The notes beneath the pieces are model-generated. The model was given only the letters and a program-made list of their open reading frames with translations. It was not told where the DNA came from and did no database searches. 64,000 nt of DNA. Source: the human T2T-CHM13v2.0 reference genome, Homo sapiens. Position numbers and translations under genes: made by a program. Shown piece by piece: positions 54,490-64,000 of this stretch (position 1 is the first letter of the stretch; each line of letters begins with the position of its first letter). The DNA lies in NCBI GenBank assembly GCA_009914755.4, contig CP086569.2:20544001-20608000 (forward strand), read 5' to 3'.

Positions 54490-56921
54490 ATTTTAAATAT
54501 TTACAATTTAATATTAGATTTAAAATTTCAATAGTTACAACAGCATAGCTGATCATGCAGAAGAAAGAACTGACAAGCTCAAATAGCAGTCAGATGAAAA
54601 TTAGCCAATTAGAGGAACAACAACAACAAATGATTGGGAAAAAAAAAAAGAGGAAAAGGTTAAAAGTGATCTGTGGCACCACATCCATGCATAAATATAA
54701 CAATTATGAGTGTACCCAAAAGAGGAGAGAAAGAAGACCAGGAAGCTTATTTAAATATGTACTGTACAAACACTTCCCGAATTCTAGGCGGGATATGAAC
54801 TCAAGAAATTCAAAATGCCACAATTAGGATCAATTTAAAAGAGAATACTCCAAGACACATTAATCAAATTGTAAATATCAAAGATGAAAAGAATCTTGAA
54901 AGCAGCAAGAGGATAAACTCAAAGGGGTCTTCTAGGTAAGGCTATCAGGAAACTTCTTAACAAAATACTTGCAAGTGAGTAGAAAGTGGGATGACATGTT
55001 GAAAGTGCTAAAATAAAATTTAAAAAAGCTTATTAAAAATACTCTAAACTGCAAAGCTGTATTTCAGCAATAAAAAAACAGGTAAGTACATTTTAACACA
55101 AACAAAATTTGAGAATTTGTCACCATCAGACAAGACTTAACAAGAAATGTCTAAAGAGTTTTTCCATGTGAAACAAGAGCATGATAAATAATAATAACAA
55201 AACATATGGCTCTCCAGTAAAGTTAAATGAACAGTCAATACAGTATTCTCTCCTACTCTAAAAGTAATGTTTAAATTACTATTAAAATTAGTATACAAAT
55301 ATAAATAAGAGATGTATTAATAACAACTATACTATACAGAACTCCTTAGTGGATACCCAATACAAATAGTTGCATAGTATAATATTAATAACATAAAAGG
55401 TGGGAAATGAAAAGGTAGAGTCTTCATATAGTAATTAACGTACTATCAGCTTAAATTAGAATACAAGATGTTTTACATAAGAACCATGCTAGGTAATAGA
55501 AAAAAAATCTCTAGTAGTTACACAAGAGACAAAAATATACCACTGATAAAACACAACTAATCAAAAACAAAGACTGAAAGTGTAGAAGAGAACAAAACAG
55601 TCAGTCAAAAATTAACAAAATGCAAGTAGTAAGTTGTTAACTACATGGATTCTTCAATCAAAAGACACAGAAAGTCAAGTTAGATTAAAAAAAAAAGAAC
55701 AAAAAATATTAAACAATATGGCGCCACTAACGAGACACTCACATTAGACTTAACAACACACAGAGACTGAGAGTAAAGAGATTAAAAAAGCTATTCCAAG
55801 CAAATGTTGATTTGCTTGGAATCAACATTAAAATTAAATGTTTAAAAAAGCTATTTTTTAAAAAAGCTGATTAAAAAAGCTATTCCAAGCAAAAGAGGAG
55901 ATGTTGCTATGCTCATATCAGAAAAAAAGGCTTCCAGTCAAAACCTGTAAAGAGCGTGGGGGAATATTATTATGATAATAGGGTCAGTTAATTAAAATTC
56001 TGTACCAATTGTAAAAATGCACACTCCCTTCATCAGCATACCTATATATATAACGATGTAATAGATTGGAAAGATTCTACGAACTTCCATTTAGTAACAA
56101 TGGGACATTTCAATAGAACCAACAGTTCTATTGAATTAGTGAATTAGAACAACACTTTAGACTAGATATACCTACCAGATAATAGAATTTTCCCTTCAAC
56201 AGCAGAACATATAAAATATGAAACAAATGAAGAGTCTTCATGAGGTAATAAAATTAAGGTACTATCAGCTTAAATTAGAACATTTTAACTGTAAAAGGTA
56301 AGTCTTATGAGATGAATACTATAAAACCACATCAGAATTTAAAGAATGAAGAAAAAGCAGTTCCAAGAGGGAAGTTTATAGCAATAAATACCTACATCCA
56401 AAAAGATATCAAATAGATAAGTTACTGTTACATCTCAAGAATATAAAAAAGAAAAACCAAAACAACCGAAAATCAGTAGAAGGAAGAAAGTAAGAAAGCA
56501 CAGAAATACACAAATAGGGAGCAGAAAGACAACAGAAAAGATCAATGCAACTAAGCAACTAAGCATTGGTTCACTGAGATGACAAAACAGCGTACGTTAG
56601 CCAGACTAACTTAAAAAGAAGAAAAAAGATGTCTCGAACACAATTCAAAAGAGAAGACATTACAATTGATACCACAAAAACACAAAGAATCGTAAGAGAC
56701 TACTATGAACAATTATATGCTCCTACATTGGAAAATCCTCAAGAAATGGGTAATTGCATAGACAAGCAAAATCTACCAACTAAATCAGAAAAAAATAGAA
56801 AATCTGAACAGATCATATATACATAAGGAGACAGAATTAGCAATACAAGTCTTCCACTAAAGCAAAGCCTGGTGACTTCATGAGTAAATTTTACCAAACA
56901 TTTAATGAGGACCTAACGTTA
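54490..56921 (+). mobile_element. Ancient LINE-1 (L1M-type), ORF1 end, EN and start of RT (part 1)
   Basis: Frameshifted translation contains the L1 ORF1 C-terminus (KRILKAARE-like ...ESSKR.NSKG; WDDMLKVLK ~ WHDIFKVLK) and the ORF2 RT start (ORF 56629-56826 ITIDTTKTQRIVRDYYEQLYAPTLENPQEM ~ [30 protein letters not shown]). Confidence 0.7.
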
Positions 56922-57690
56922 TCAGTAGGTCTTTGTTCTTAGAGCTCCCAAGATGGAGGTGGGCCACGCCCAAGATGGAGGCAAGGTTTTTGTTCTCTCA
57001 TCTGGGGTTCTTGGCCTCACAGATTCCAAGGAATGGAACTTGGGCCATGCGGTGGGTGTTATAGCTCTATTAGAAGCTGTGGGTCACGGAAGAGAATCGT
57101 GGGACCCTGCGACTAGTGTTCAGTTTGAGTAGGACGAACCCGGGCACTTAGCCATGCAGGAACAATGGTGAGCCTTTAGCCTAATCAGGAGCAGCAATGG
57201 GTGCCTCACAGCAGAAACCCTGCTGGATCTGGAGGGGTGGGAGTCAACGGTGGGTCACAGCATCCAGCAGTGCTGGACTGGATGGTAAGTGAAAGCTAAG
57301 CTTGAGCCTGAACAAACACCGACCAGAAGAGTGTGCAGTTACAAGATTTAATAAGAGTGAAAACAGAGCTCTCACACAATGGGAGGGGACCCAAAAGGGG
57401 TCGCCCATTGGATATAAACCAATGCCTGGGTTTATATCCCAATCACTGTCCCTCCCCCTGTGCTCTCAGGTGATATATGATTTGACTATTTCTTTGTCTC
57501 CTGCTTTTAGCCTAATTTGTATTTTAGTGAGCCCTCTTTACTACCTGACTGGTTGGGTGTGAGCTGAGTTACAAGCCCCATGTTTAAAGGTAGGTGCAGT
57601 CAACTTCCCCAGCTAGGCTTAGGAATTCTTAGTCAGCCTAGGAAATCCAGCTAGTCTGGTCTCTCACTAAGACCAATCTTTTTCAAGGTT
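56922..57690. mobile_element. Unclassified LTR-like insertion (~769 bp, TG...CA termini, possible 4-bp TSD tctt) interrupting the L1M element
   Basis: Begins tgttcttagagctcc and ends ctcactaagacca. Flanks ...gtctt| and |atctt...; the L1 ORF2 reading resumes immediately after. The family is not recognised. Confidence 0.35.
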
Positions 57691-60600
57691 TTCCAAAAAA
57701 ACTGAAGGAAGACTTCCTCACTGATTTTATAAGGCTAGATACCAGTCTGATATAAAGGGCAAAGAAGGACACTACAAGAAAAGAAAATTGTAGGCCAGTA
57801 TCTCTGATAAAGTTTGATGTAAACATCCTCAAGAACACACTAGAAAACTGAATTCAACAGCACACCGATAGGGTCATTCACCATGATCAAGTAGGATTCA
57901 TCTCTGGGATGCAAACAGTGGTTCAACATATGCAAAGAAAAAATCTGATACGCCATTTTAACATAATGAAGAACAAAAAAACCATACAGTCATTTCATTA
58001 TAGGTAAAGAAAGCATTTCAACAAATACCTCATACTTTCAAAATATAAATTCTCAATAAATGAGGAACAAAAGAATACAAAACCCACAGCTTACTCATCA
58101 TAATACTCAACAGTGAAACAAGGTTTTTTTTCTGGAAGATCAACAACAAAACAAAGATACCCACTCTCATCACTTGTATTCTAATGTATTGAATAGAAGT
58201 GGTGGTACTGTGTTGAACACCTTACTGGAAGATCTAATCACAGCAATTGGACACTTACTATAACCACCACCAACAAAAGTAAGGAATAGAAGACATTCAG
58301 GTAGAAAAGGAAAAATTAAAATAGTCTCTGTCAATGACATAATCTGGTGTACAGAAATCCCTAAGGCCTCCACTAAACAACTGTTGGAACTGATAAGTGA
58401 ATGCAGTAAAGTTGCAGCGTTCAAAATCTATACATAAAAATCAGCAGCATTTTTGCACAGTAATAATTATTTTTTTAAAAAGAAACAACTTGAATAATAG
58501 CATCATCTTAAAAAATACCTAGCAGTACATTTAACCAAGAAGGTGAAAAATCTGCATACTGAAAACTATAAAACATTGAAGAGACGTGGTAGATGATACA
58601 AATATACAACATACCCCTTTTGTGGTCAGGAAAAAGTATGTTAAAATGTCCATACTATCAGCTAGGCGCAGTGGCTCACACTTGTAATCCCAGCACTTTG
58701 GGAAGCTGAGGTGGGCAGATCACAAGGTCAGGAGTTCAAGACCAGCTTGGCCAACATGATGAAACTCCATCTCTACTAAAAATACAAAAATTACGTATGG
58801 TGGCAGGCACCTTTAATCCCTACTTGGGACGCTAAGGCAGGAGAATGGCAAAGGCAGAGGTTGCAGTGAGCCGTGATTGCATCACAGCACTCTAGACTGG
58901 GCAACAAGAGCGAACTCCATGATAAAAAAAAAAAAAAGAAAAAAGAAAAATTTCTATACTATCCCGAGAGGTCTTCAGACACAATGCTACCCCTATCAAA
59001 ATTCCAAATGTCTTTATTCACAGAAATAGAATAAAATGAACCCCAAATTTGTATGTAATAAAAGACCTCAAATAGTAAAAACGATCATGAGCAAAAACAA
59101 CAAAGCTGGAGGAATCACACCACCTGATTTCAAAAATGATTACAAAGGAACGGTTAACTAAACCTCATGGTATTAGTATGACACAGACACATGTAGAGCC
59201 CAGAAATAAACCCATGCATTTGTGATGGAGTGATTTTTGACAGATGTCAAGACCATAAAATGAGAAAAGCACAGTCTCTTTAAGAAACTGTGTTGGAAGA
59301 ACTTGATACCCACGGGCAGACGACTAGCACTGGACTCTTAACTCATACCATATAGGAAAATCAATGGAACATGGATTAAAGACTTTTAAAGTTAAGACAT
59401 GAAACCGTGAAAGCACTGAAGGAAAACAGAGAAGAAATGCTACACAACAATTGGTCTGGGAAAGCATTTCTTGGACATGACCTCAAAGCACAGAGAACAA
59501 AAGCAAAAATAAACAAAATGGCTTCTGCACAGTAAAGAAAACAACAGGCTAAAGAGACCACCCAACAACTGAAAGAAAATGTTTCCAAGCCATACATCTG
59601 ATATGAGGCTAGTATCCAAAATGTATAAAAAACTGAAACATCTTTAATGCCAAGAAAATAAGCCAATCAACATATGGGCAAAGGACAAAAAGGGACACTT
59701 CTCCAAAAAGCCATAGGAAAGGCAACTGGTATATGACAAAATGCTCATTGTAACTAATTGTTACAAAAATGCAAGTCAGAACTACAGTGAGTTATTACTG
59801 TTCATACCGGATAGAATGGTTATTATAAAAAAGACAAAGGATAAGAAGTGTTGGTGAAAGTGTGGAGCAAAGGGAACTCTTGTGTGCTATTTGTGGGAAT
59901 GGAAGTTAATACAGTCACTACGAAAAACAGCATTAAATTTCCTAAAAATTAAAAATAGAATTACCAAATATTTCAGCAATGCCATTTCTGGGTACATGTG
60001 AAAACAATGAAATTGGTTATGTTGGAGATATATCTGTACTCCCATATTCATTGCTGCACTATTCACAGTAGCTAAGATATGGAGGCTCCCATAAGTGTCC
60101 ACCGTTAGAAAATGATTCATGTGATGGTGGACATTTATGTATTCCTAACAATAATGGAATAATATTATATACTAGTATTTGCAATGAAATTATTAGTTAT
60201 CCTTAAAACAGGGGGCAGATTCAGATTCTCTCATTTGGGACAAGAATAAACCTGGAGGATATTATGTTAAGTGAAATAAGCCAGACACAGAAAAACAAAT
60301 ATCACAGTATCTCACTTATACATGAAATCTAAAGTTCAACTCATATAAGTAAAGAGCTGATGGTTACCAGAAGGCAAAGCGTGGGTGGAGGGGGAGTATG
60401 AAAAAAGAAATACGTTGATCAATGTGGGATAAAGTTTTAAACAGGTGCAGTTAGTTTTAGTAACCTATTGTGCAAAATGGGAATTGTAATAAATAAGACA
60501 TTGTAAATAAAGGAATGCAAGTATAGTAGGTAGGGCAAACAAAAGAAAAACGGAAAGAAATAAAAGAGAAGCACTGAAAATAAAAAAGGAGACCACCAAT
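57691..60600 (+). mobile_element. Ancient LINE-1 (L1M-type), RT, C-terminal region and 3' end (part 2)
   Basis: Frameshifted ORF2 (…YRPISLM-like QYL..SLM, DQVGFIPGMQ-like IK.DSSLGCKQWFN, ...MISIDAEKAF-like). The L1M-like 3' end lies at ~60400-60600. Confidence 0.7.
58661..58950 (+). mobile_element. Alu with a poly-A tail and an 11-bp TSD (tc[c/t]atactatc), inserted in the L1M
   Basis: gctaggcgcagtggctcacacttgtaatcccagcactttgggaagctgaggtgggcagatcacaaggtcaggagttcaagacc...; TSD copies at 58649-58659 and 58953-58963. Confidence 0.85.
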
Positions 60601-61099
60601 TAAGCACTCATATTTTCAATTCATAGGAAAGCTGTCGTTAGAAAAAGCAGAAAATTTGTATCTCATCAAAGCAGAATTTATGCACAAAAATAAAAAATGA
60701 GTATCAGCATGGAACTAAAGTATGTTTACAAATAGCCGATTTGGTGGCCAAGGAGGCATGGCAATTTACCAATATTGAATCTATTACAGTGTGTTTGATT
60801 AAAGCAGCTTCAGAACTGTGTCCCAAGAAAATAATGACAATTAATGTTTTGGAAAAAACAGCTGATTGAAGAGTTGAAAACATTGAGAAATGCAATGAAA
60901 ATAAAATAAATAATGGCAAATTAATTTCCTTCACTTTTAAGTTGACAGACATTACTAATATTGCTCATTTTTGCATTTGGGAAGCCATTTTAAAGCTGGA
61001 AGTAACTATGGAATTAGCCTTGTATGCTTTGTATGAAACAGTAATAGGCAACATGCTACACCATTTGGGCTGTTATAAAAACTTAACCTTAGACTAGGT

Positions 61100-61400
61100 G
61101 GCCTATAAGCAAAAGATATTTATTTCTCACAGTTCTGGATGCTGCATTTATTTCTCATAGCTCCAACTGTTGACAACTGCAAAGAGGTGATAAACTTGGT
61201 ATCTGTGGAGTGTGAACCTCCTGGTTCACAGTGGATGTCACTGTGTTCTCACACAGTGGAAGGGACAGGGAACTCTCTGGGGTGTCTTTATAAGGGTGCA
61301 AATTCCATTCACAAGGGCTCTGCCCTTATGACCTCACCACCTCCCAATAGTCCCACCACCAGATGCCATCAAATTAAGCATTAGCCTTCAACATATGAAT
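61100..61400 (+). mobile_element. MaLR-like LTR fragment (diverged)
   Basis: ttctcacagttctgga...cctggttcacagtgg...tgttctcacacagtggaagggacagggaactctctggggtgtctttataagggtgcaaattccattcacaagggctctgcccttatgacctcaccacctcccaa...catatgaattttggggg parallels a common MaLR-type LTR consensus. Confidence 0.35.
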
Positions 61401-61439
61401 TTTGGGGGTACATATTTAATTTATAGCAGCTGATAATAT

Positions 61440-61560
61440 TTTTAAAGAAGCTGAGAGAACACAAATTCAGTACTGCACTATTCACAGTAGCTAAAATATG
61501 GAGGCTCCCATAAGTGTCCACCGTTAGAATCTGAAGTCGTATATGCTAAGATGAGCTAGA
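61440..61560 (+). mobile_element. Short LINE-1 ORF2 C-terminal fragment
   Basis: ctgcactattcacagtagctaaaatatggaggctcccataagtgtccaccgttagaa ~ L1 ...[17 protein letters not shown]...; a near-identical copy sits at 60053-60110 inside the L1M. Confidence 0.45.
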
Positions 61561-61570
61561 AATTGTAGCA

Positions 61571-61625
61571 AAAAACAAAAACAAAAACAAAAACAAAACA
61601 CAAAAAACAATCAAAACAAAATAGT
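61571..61625. repeat. (CAAAA)n microsatellite
   Basis: aaaaacaaaaacaaaaacaaaaacaaaacacaaaaaacaatcaaaacaaaa. Confidence 0.7.
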
Positions 61626-62030
61626 TTACAAGCCATGTGAAAATATGTGGTGTTTAAAGCCAATAGTTGTTCACTGTATTTCAGTTATCTGCAGGCACTA
61701 TGCAGAAAATATTTAAGCTTAACATCTGTTTCTGTAACAACAGCATTAATTGTGTACTCACTTTTATCAACTTAAACATCATCCATTCCATAAATTTTCA
61801 TCAAAATACCGGTTGAAATAGCCTACTTATCTACCATACAGTTTGACAGGATTTGATTTGAATATTTTTGTCCCTTCCAAAATTCATTTTGAGACTGGAA
61901 ACTCAGTATGACAATATTAAATGGTAGATGACCAGGTTATCAAGGTGGAGCCTTCATAAAAGGCTTGTATAAGCACCCTTATACAAGGGGTGAAGGAACA
62001 ACCTAGCTAGTCCTCTTGTATGTCCTCTTG

Positions 62031-62997
62031 TGAAGGGGTGGGTTGCCCCTCCACACCTGTGGGTGTTTCTCGTTAGGTGGAACGAGAGACTTGGAAAAGA
62101 AAAAGACACAGAGACAAAGTATAGAGAAAGAAATAAGGACCCAGGGAACCAGCGTTCAGCATATGGAGGATCCCGCCAGCCTCTGAGTTCCATTAGTATT
62201 TATTGATCATTTTTGGGTGTTTCTCAGAGAGGAGGATGTGGCAGGGTCATAGGATAATAGTGGAGAGAAGGTCAGCAGATAAACACGTGAACAAAGGTCT
62301 CTGCATCATAGACAAGGTAAAGAATTAAGTGCTGTGCTTTAGATATGCATACACATAAACATCTCAATGCCTTACAGAGCAGTATTGTTGCCCGCATGTC
62401 CCACCGCCAGCCCTAAGGCAGTTTTCCCCTATCTCAGTAGATGGAACATACAATCGGGTTTTATATGGAGATATTCCATTGCCCAGGGACGGGCAGGAGA
62501 CAGATGCCTTCCTCTTGTCTCAACTGCAAAGAGGCATGCCTTCCTCTTATACTAATCCTCCTCAGCACAGACCCTTTATGGGTGTCGGGCTGGGGGATGG
62601 TCAGGTCTTTCCCTTCCCACGAGGCCATATTTCAGACTATCACATGGGGGAGAAACCTTGGACAATACCTGGCTTTCCTAGGCAGAGGTCCCTGCAGCCT
62701 TCTGCAGTGTCTGTGTCCCTGGGTACTTGAGATTAGGGAACGGTGATGACTCTTAACGAGCATGCTGCCCTCAAGCATCTGTTTAACAAAGCACATCTTG
62801 CACCGCCCTTAATCCATTTAACCCTGAGTTGACACAGCACATGTTTCAGAGAGCACGGGGTTGGGGGTAAGGTTATAGATTAACAGAATCTCAAGGCAGA
62901 AGAATTTGTCTTAGTACAGAACAAAATGGAGTCTCTTATGTCTACTTCTTTCTACACAGACACAGTAACAATCTGATCTCTCTTTCTTTTCCCCACA
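62031..62997 (-). mobile_element. Solo LTR5 (HERV-K HML-2 LTR, ~967 bp) with a perfect 6-bp TSD ctcttg
   Basis: Reverse complement of the LTR5 consensus throughout (tgtggggaaaagaaagagagatcagattgttactgtgtctgtgtagaaagaagtagacataagagactccattttgttctgtactaagacaaattcttctgccttgagattctgttaatctataacct ... aacacccacaggtgtggaggggcaacccacccc). ctcttg lies immediately on both sides (62025-62030 and 62998-63003). No PBS or PPT is adjacent, so it is a solo LTR. Confidence 0.85.
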
Positions 62998-63399
62998 CTC
63001 TTGCCTGTCCACGTGCCAGGTGAGGACACAGCATTCAGCGCACTGTTGTGAAAGGAGAGAGCACCGTTCACCAGACCAACAAGCTGCTGTGCTTGGACTT
63101 TCCAGTCTCAGCTGTCACTATTAAATTTATGCTGTTTATAGATGACTCTATGTAAGGCAATTTGTTATAGCAGCAGGAAGAGACTCAGGCAGATATTGGT
63201 AAGCAGAGTGGAGTGTTGCTATATGAAAATATGGAAATATCTTCAAAAGGAGTTATGGGGAAGAGGCAGGAAAAATATAAAGGAACATGTTGCAGAAAGC
63301 CTATTTTGCCATGAACAGACCATGAGGATGATTCTCATAAGGACACAAAAAAAAAAAGAGAGCTGTAGACACAGCCTCAGTCTTCTTAGACATTATCTA

Positions 63400-64000
63400 A
63401 ATGGTTATGACCAGAAGTCTGCTAGAAATACAGCCAGTGCCAGCATCATCCTGGTACCAAATCCTGTCAGAGGTACAACAAAAAAACTTCAGGCCAACAT
63501 CCTTGATGAATATCGACACACAAATCCTCAATAAAATACTGGTAAACCAAATCCAGCAGCATACCAAAACGCTCATCCACCACTACCAAGTCAGCTTCAT
63601 TCCCAGGATCCAGGTTGATTCAACATACGCAAATCAATAGATGTAGTTCATCACTTGAACAGAACCAAAGGCAAAAAACACAGGATTACCTCGACACAGA
63701 AAAGGTCTTCAATAAAATTCAACATCCTTTCATATTAAAAACTCAATAAACTAGGTATTGAAGAAACAGACCTCAAAACAGTAAGAACCATTTAAGACAA
63801 TCCCACAGCCAGTATTATACCGTTTGAAAACCTGCACAAGGAGAGGATGCCCTCTCTCACCACTCCTATTTAACACAGTGTGGGAAGTTCTGGCCAGGGC
63901 AATCAAGCAAGAGCAACAAATGAAGGGTGTTCAAATAGTAAGAGAGGAAGTCAAATTGTCTCATAGTCTCAGCCCAAAAGCTACTTAAACTGATAAGCAA
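63400..64000 (+). mobile_element. LINE-1 (older subfamily) ORF2 RT-region fragment, continuing past the window end
   Basis: ORF 63401-63640 ...[43 protein letters not shown] ~ L1 ORF2 [43 protein letters not shown]; then ...[27 protein letters not shown]. Confidence 0.7.

Overview
This window is primate (human-like, catarrhine) nuclear DNA, and by eye more than two thirds of it derives from interspersed repeats. I found no prokaryotic features, rRNA, tRNA or CRISPR, and no convincing host exon; it looks like intronic or intergenic sequence. Almost every long ORF in the six-frame track is a decayed LINE-1 ORF1/ORF2 or retroviral gag/pol/env fragment. Main contents, left to right: (1) an Alu at 2.5 kb; (2) an older L1PA-type LINE-1 on the minus strand at 3.4-8.2 kb, with an internal ORF1-EN deletion and a 70-bp tandem duplication; (3) a gammaretrovirus-like (class I) ERV on the minus strand at 8.2-14.7 kb, with env, integrase, RNase H, RT and protease remnants, an Alu inserted in pol, and an unusual ~4 x ~250-bp tandem array where gag should be; (4) an older minus-strand L1 at 14.9-19.1 kb; (5) a HERV-K(HML)-like provirus fragment on the minus strand at 19.1-22.9 kb, with env TM, an open 164-aa integrase fragment, RNase H, gag CA, a Lys-like PBS and a 5' LTR; (6) a THE1/MST MaLR LTR; (7) an internally deleted plus-strand L1 at 23.4-25.8 kb; (8) an older plus-strand L1 at 28.0-34.8 kb, interrupted by a young L1PA insertion with the classic twin-priming 5' inversion and a TSD; (9) Alus, a hAT-like DNA transposon carrying a nested L1 piece, and a young L1PA 3' fragment with a 16-bp TSD at 40.6-41.7 kb; (10) a ~5.4-kb stretch with no young repeats; (11) a near-full-length 5.9-kb minus-strand L1 at 47.5-53.4 kb that inserted into an Alu, which also carries a separate 205-bp L1 ORF2 fragment; (12) an ancient L1M-type element at 54.5-60.6 kb interrupted by an LTR-like insert and an Alu; (13) a solo LTR5 (HERV-K HML-2) with a perfect 6-bp TSD at 62.0-63.0 kb; (14) an L1 fragment running off the window end. 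I found no novel cellular system. The interesting content is in transposable-element structure. All family assignments rest on my recall of consensus sequences and motifs; no database search was run.
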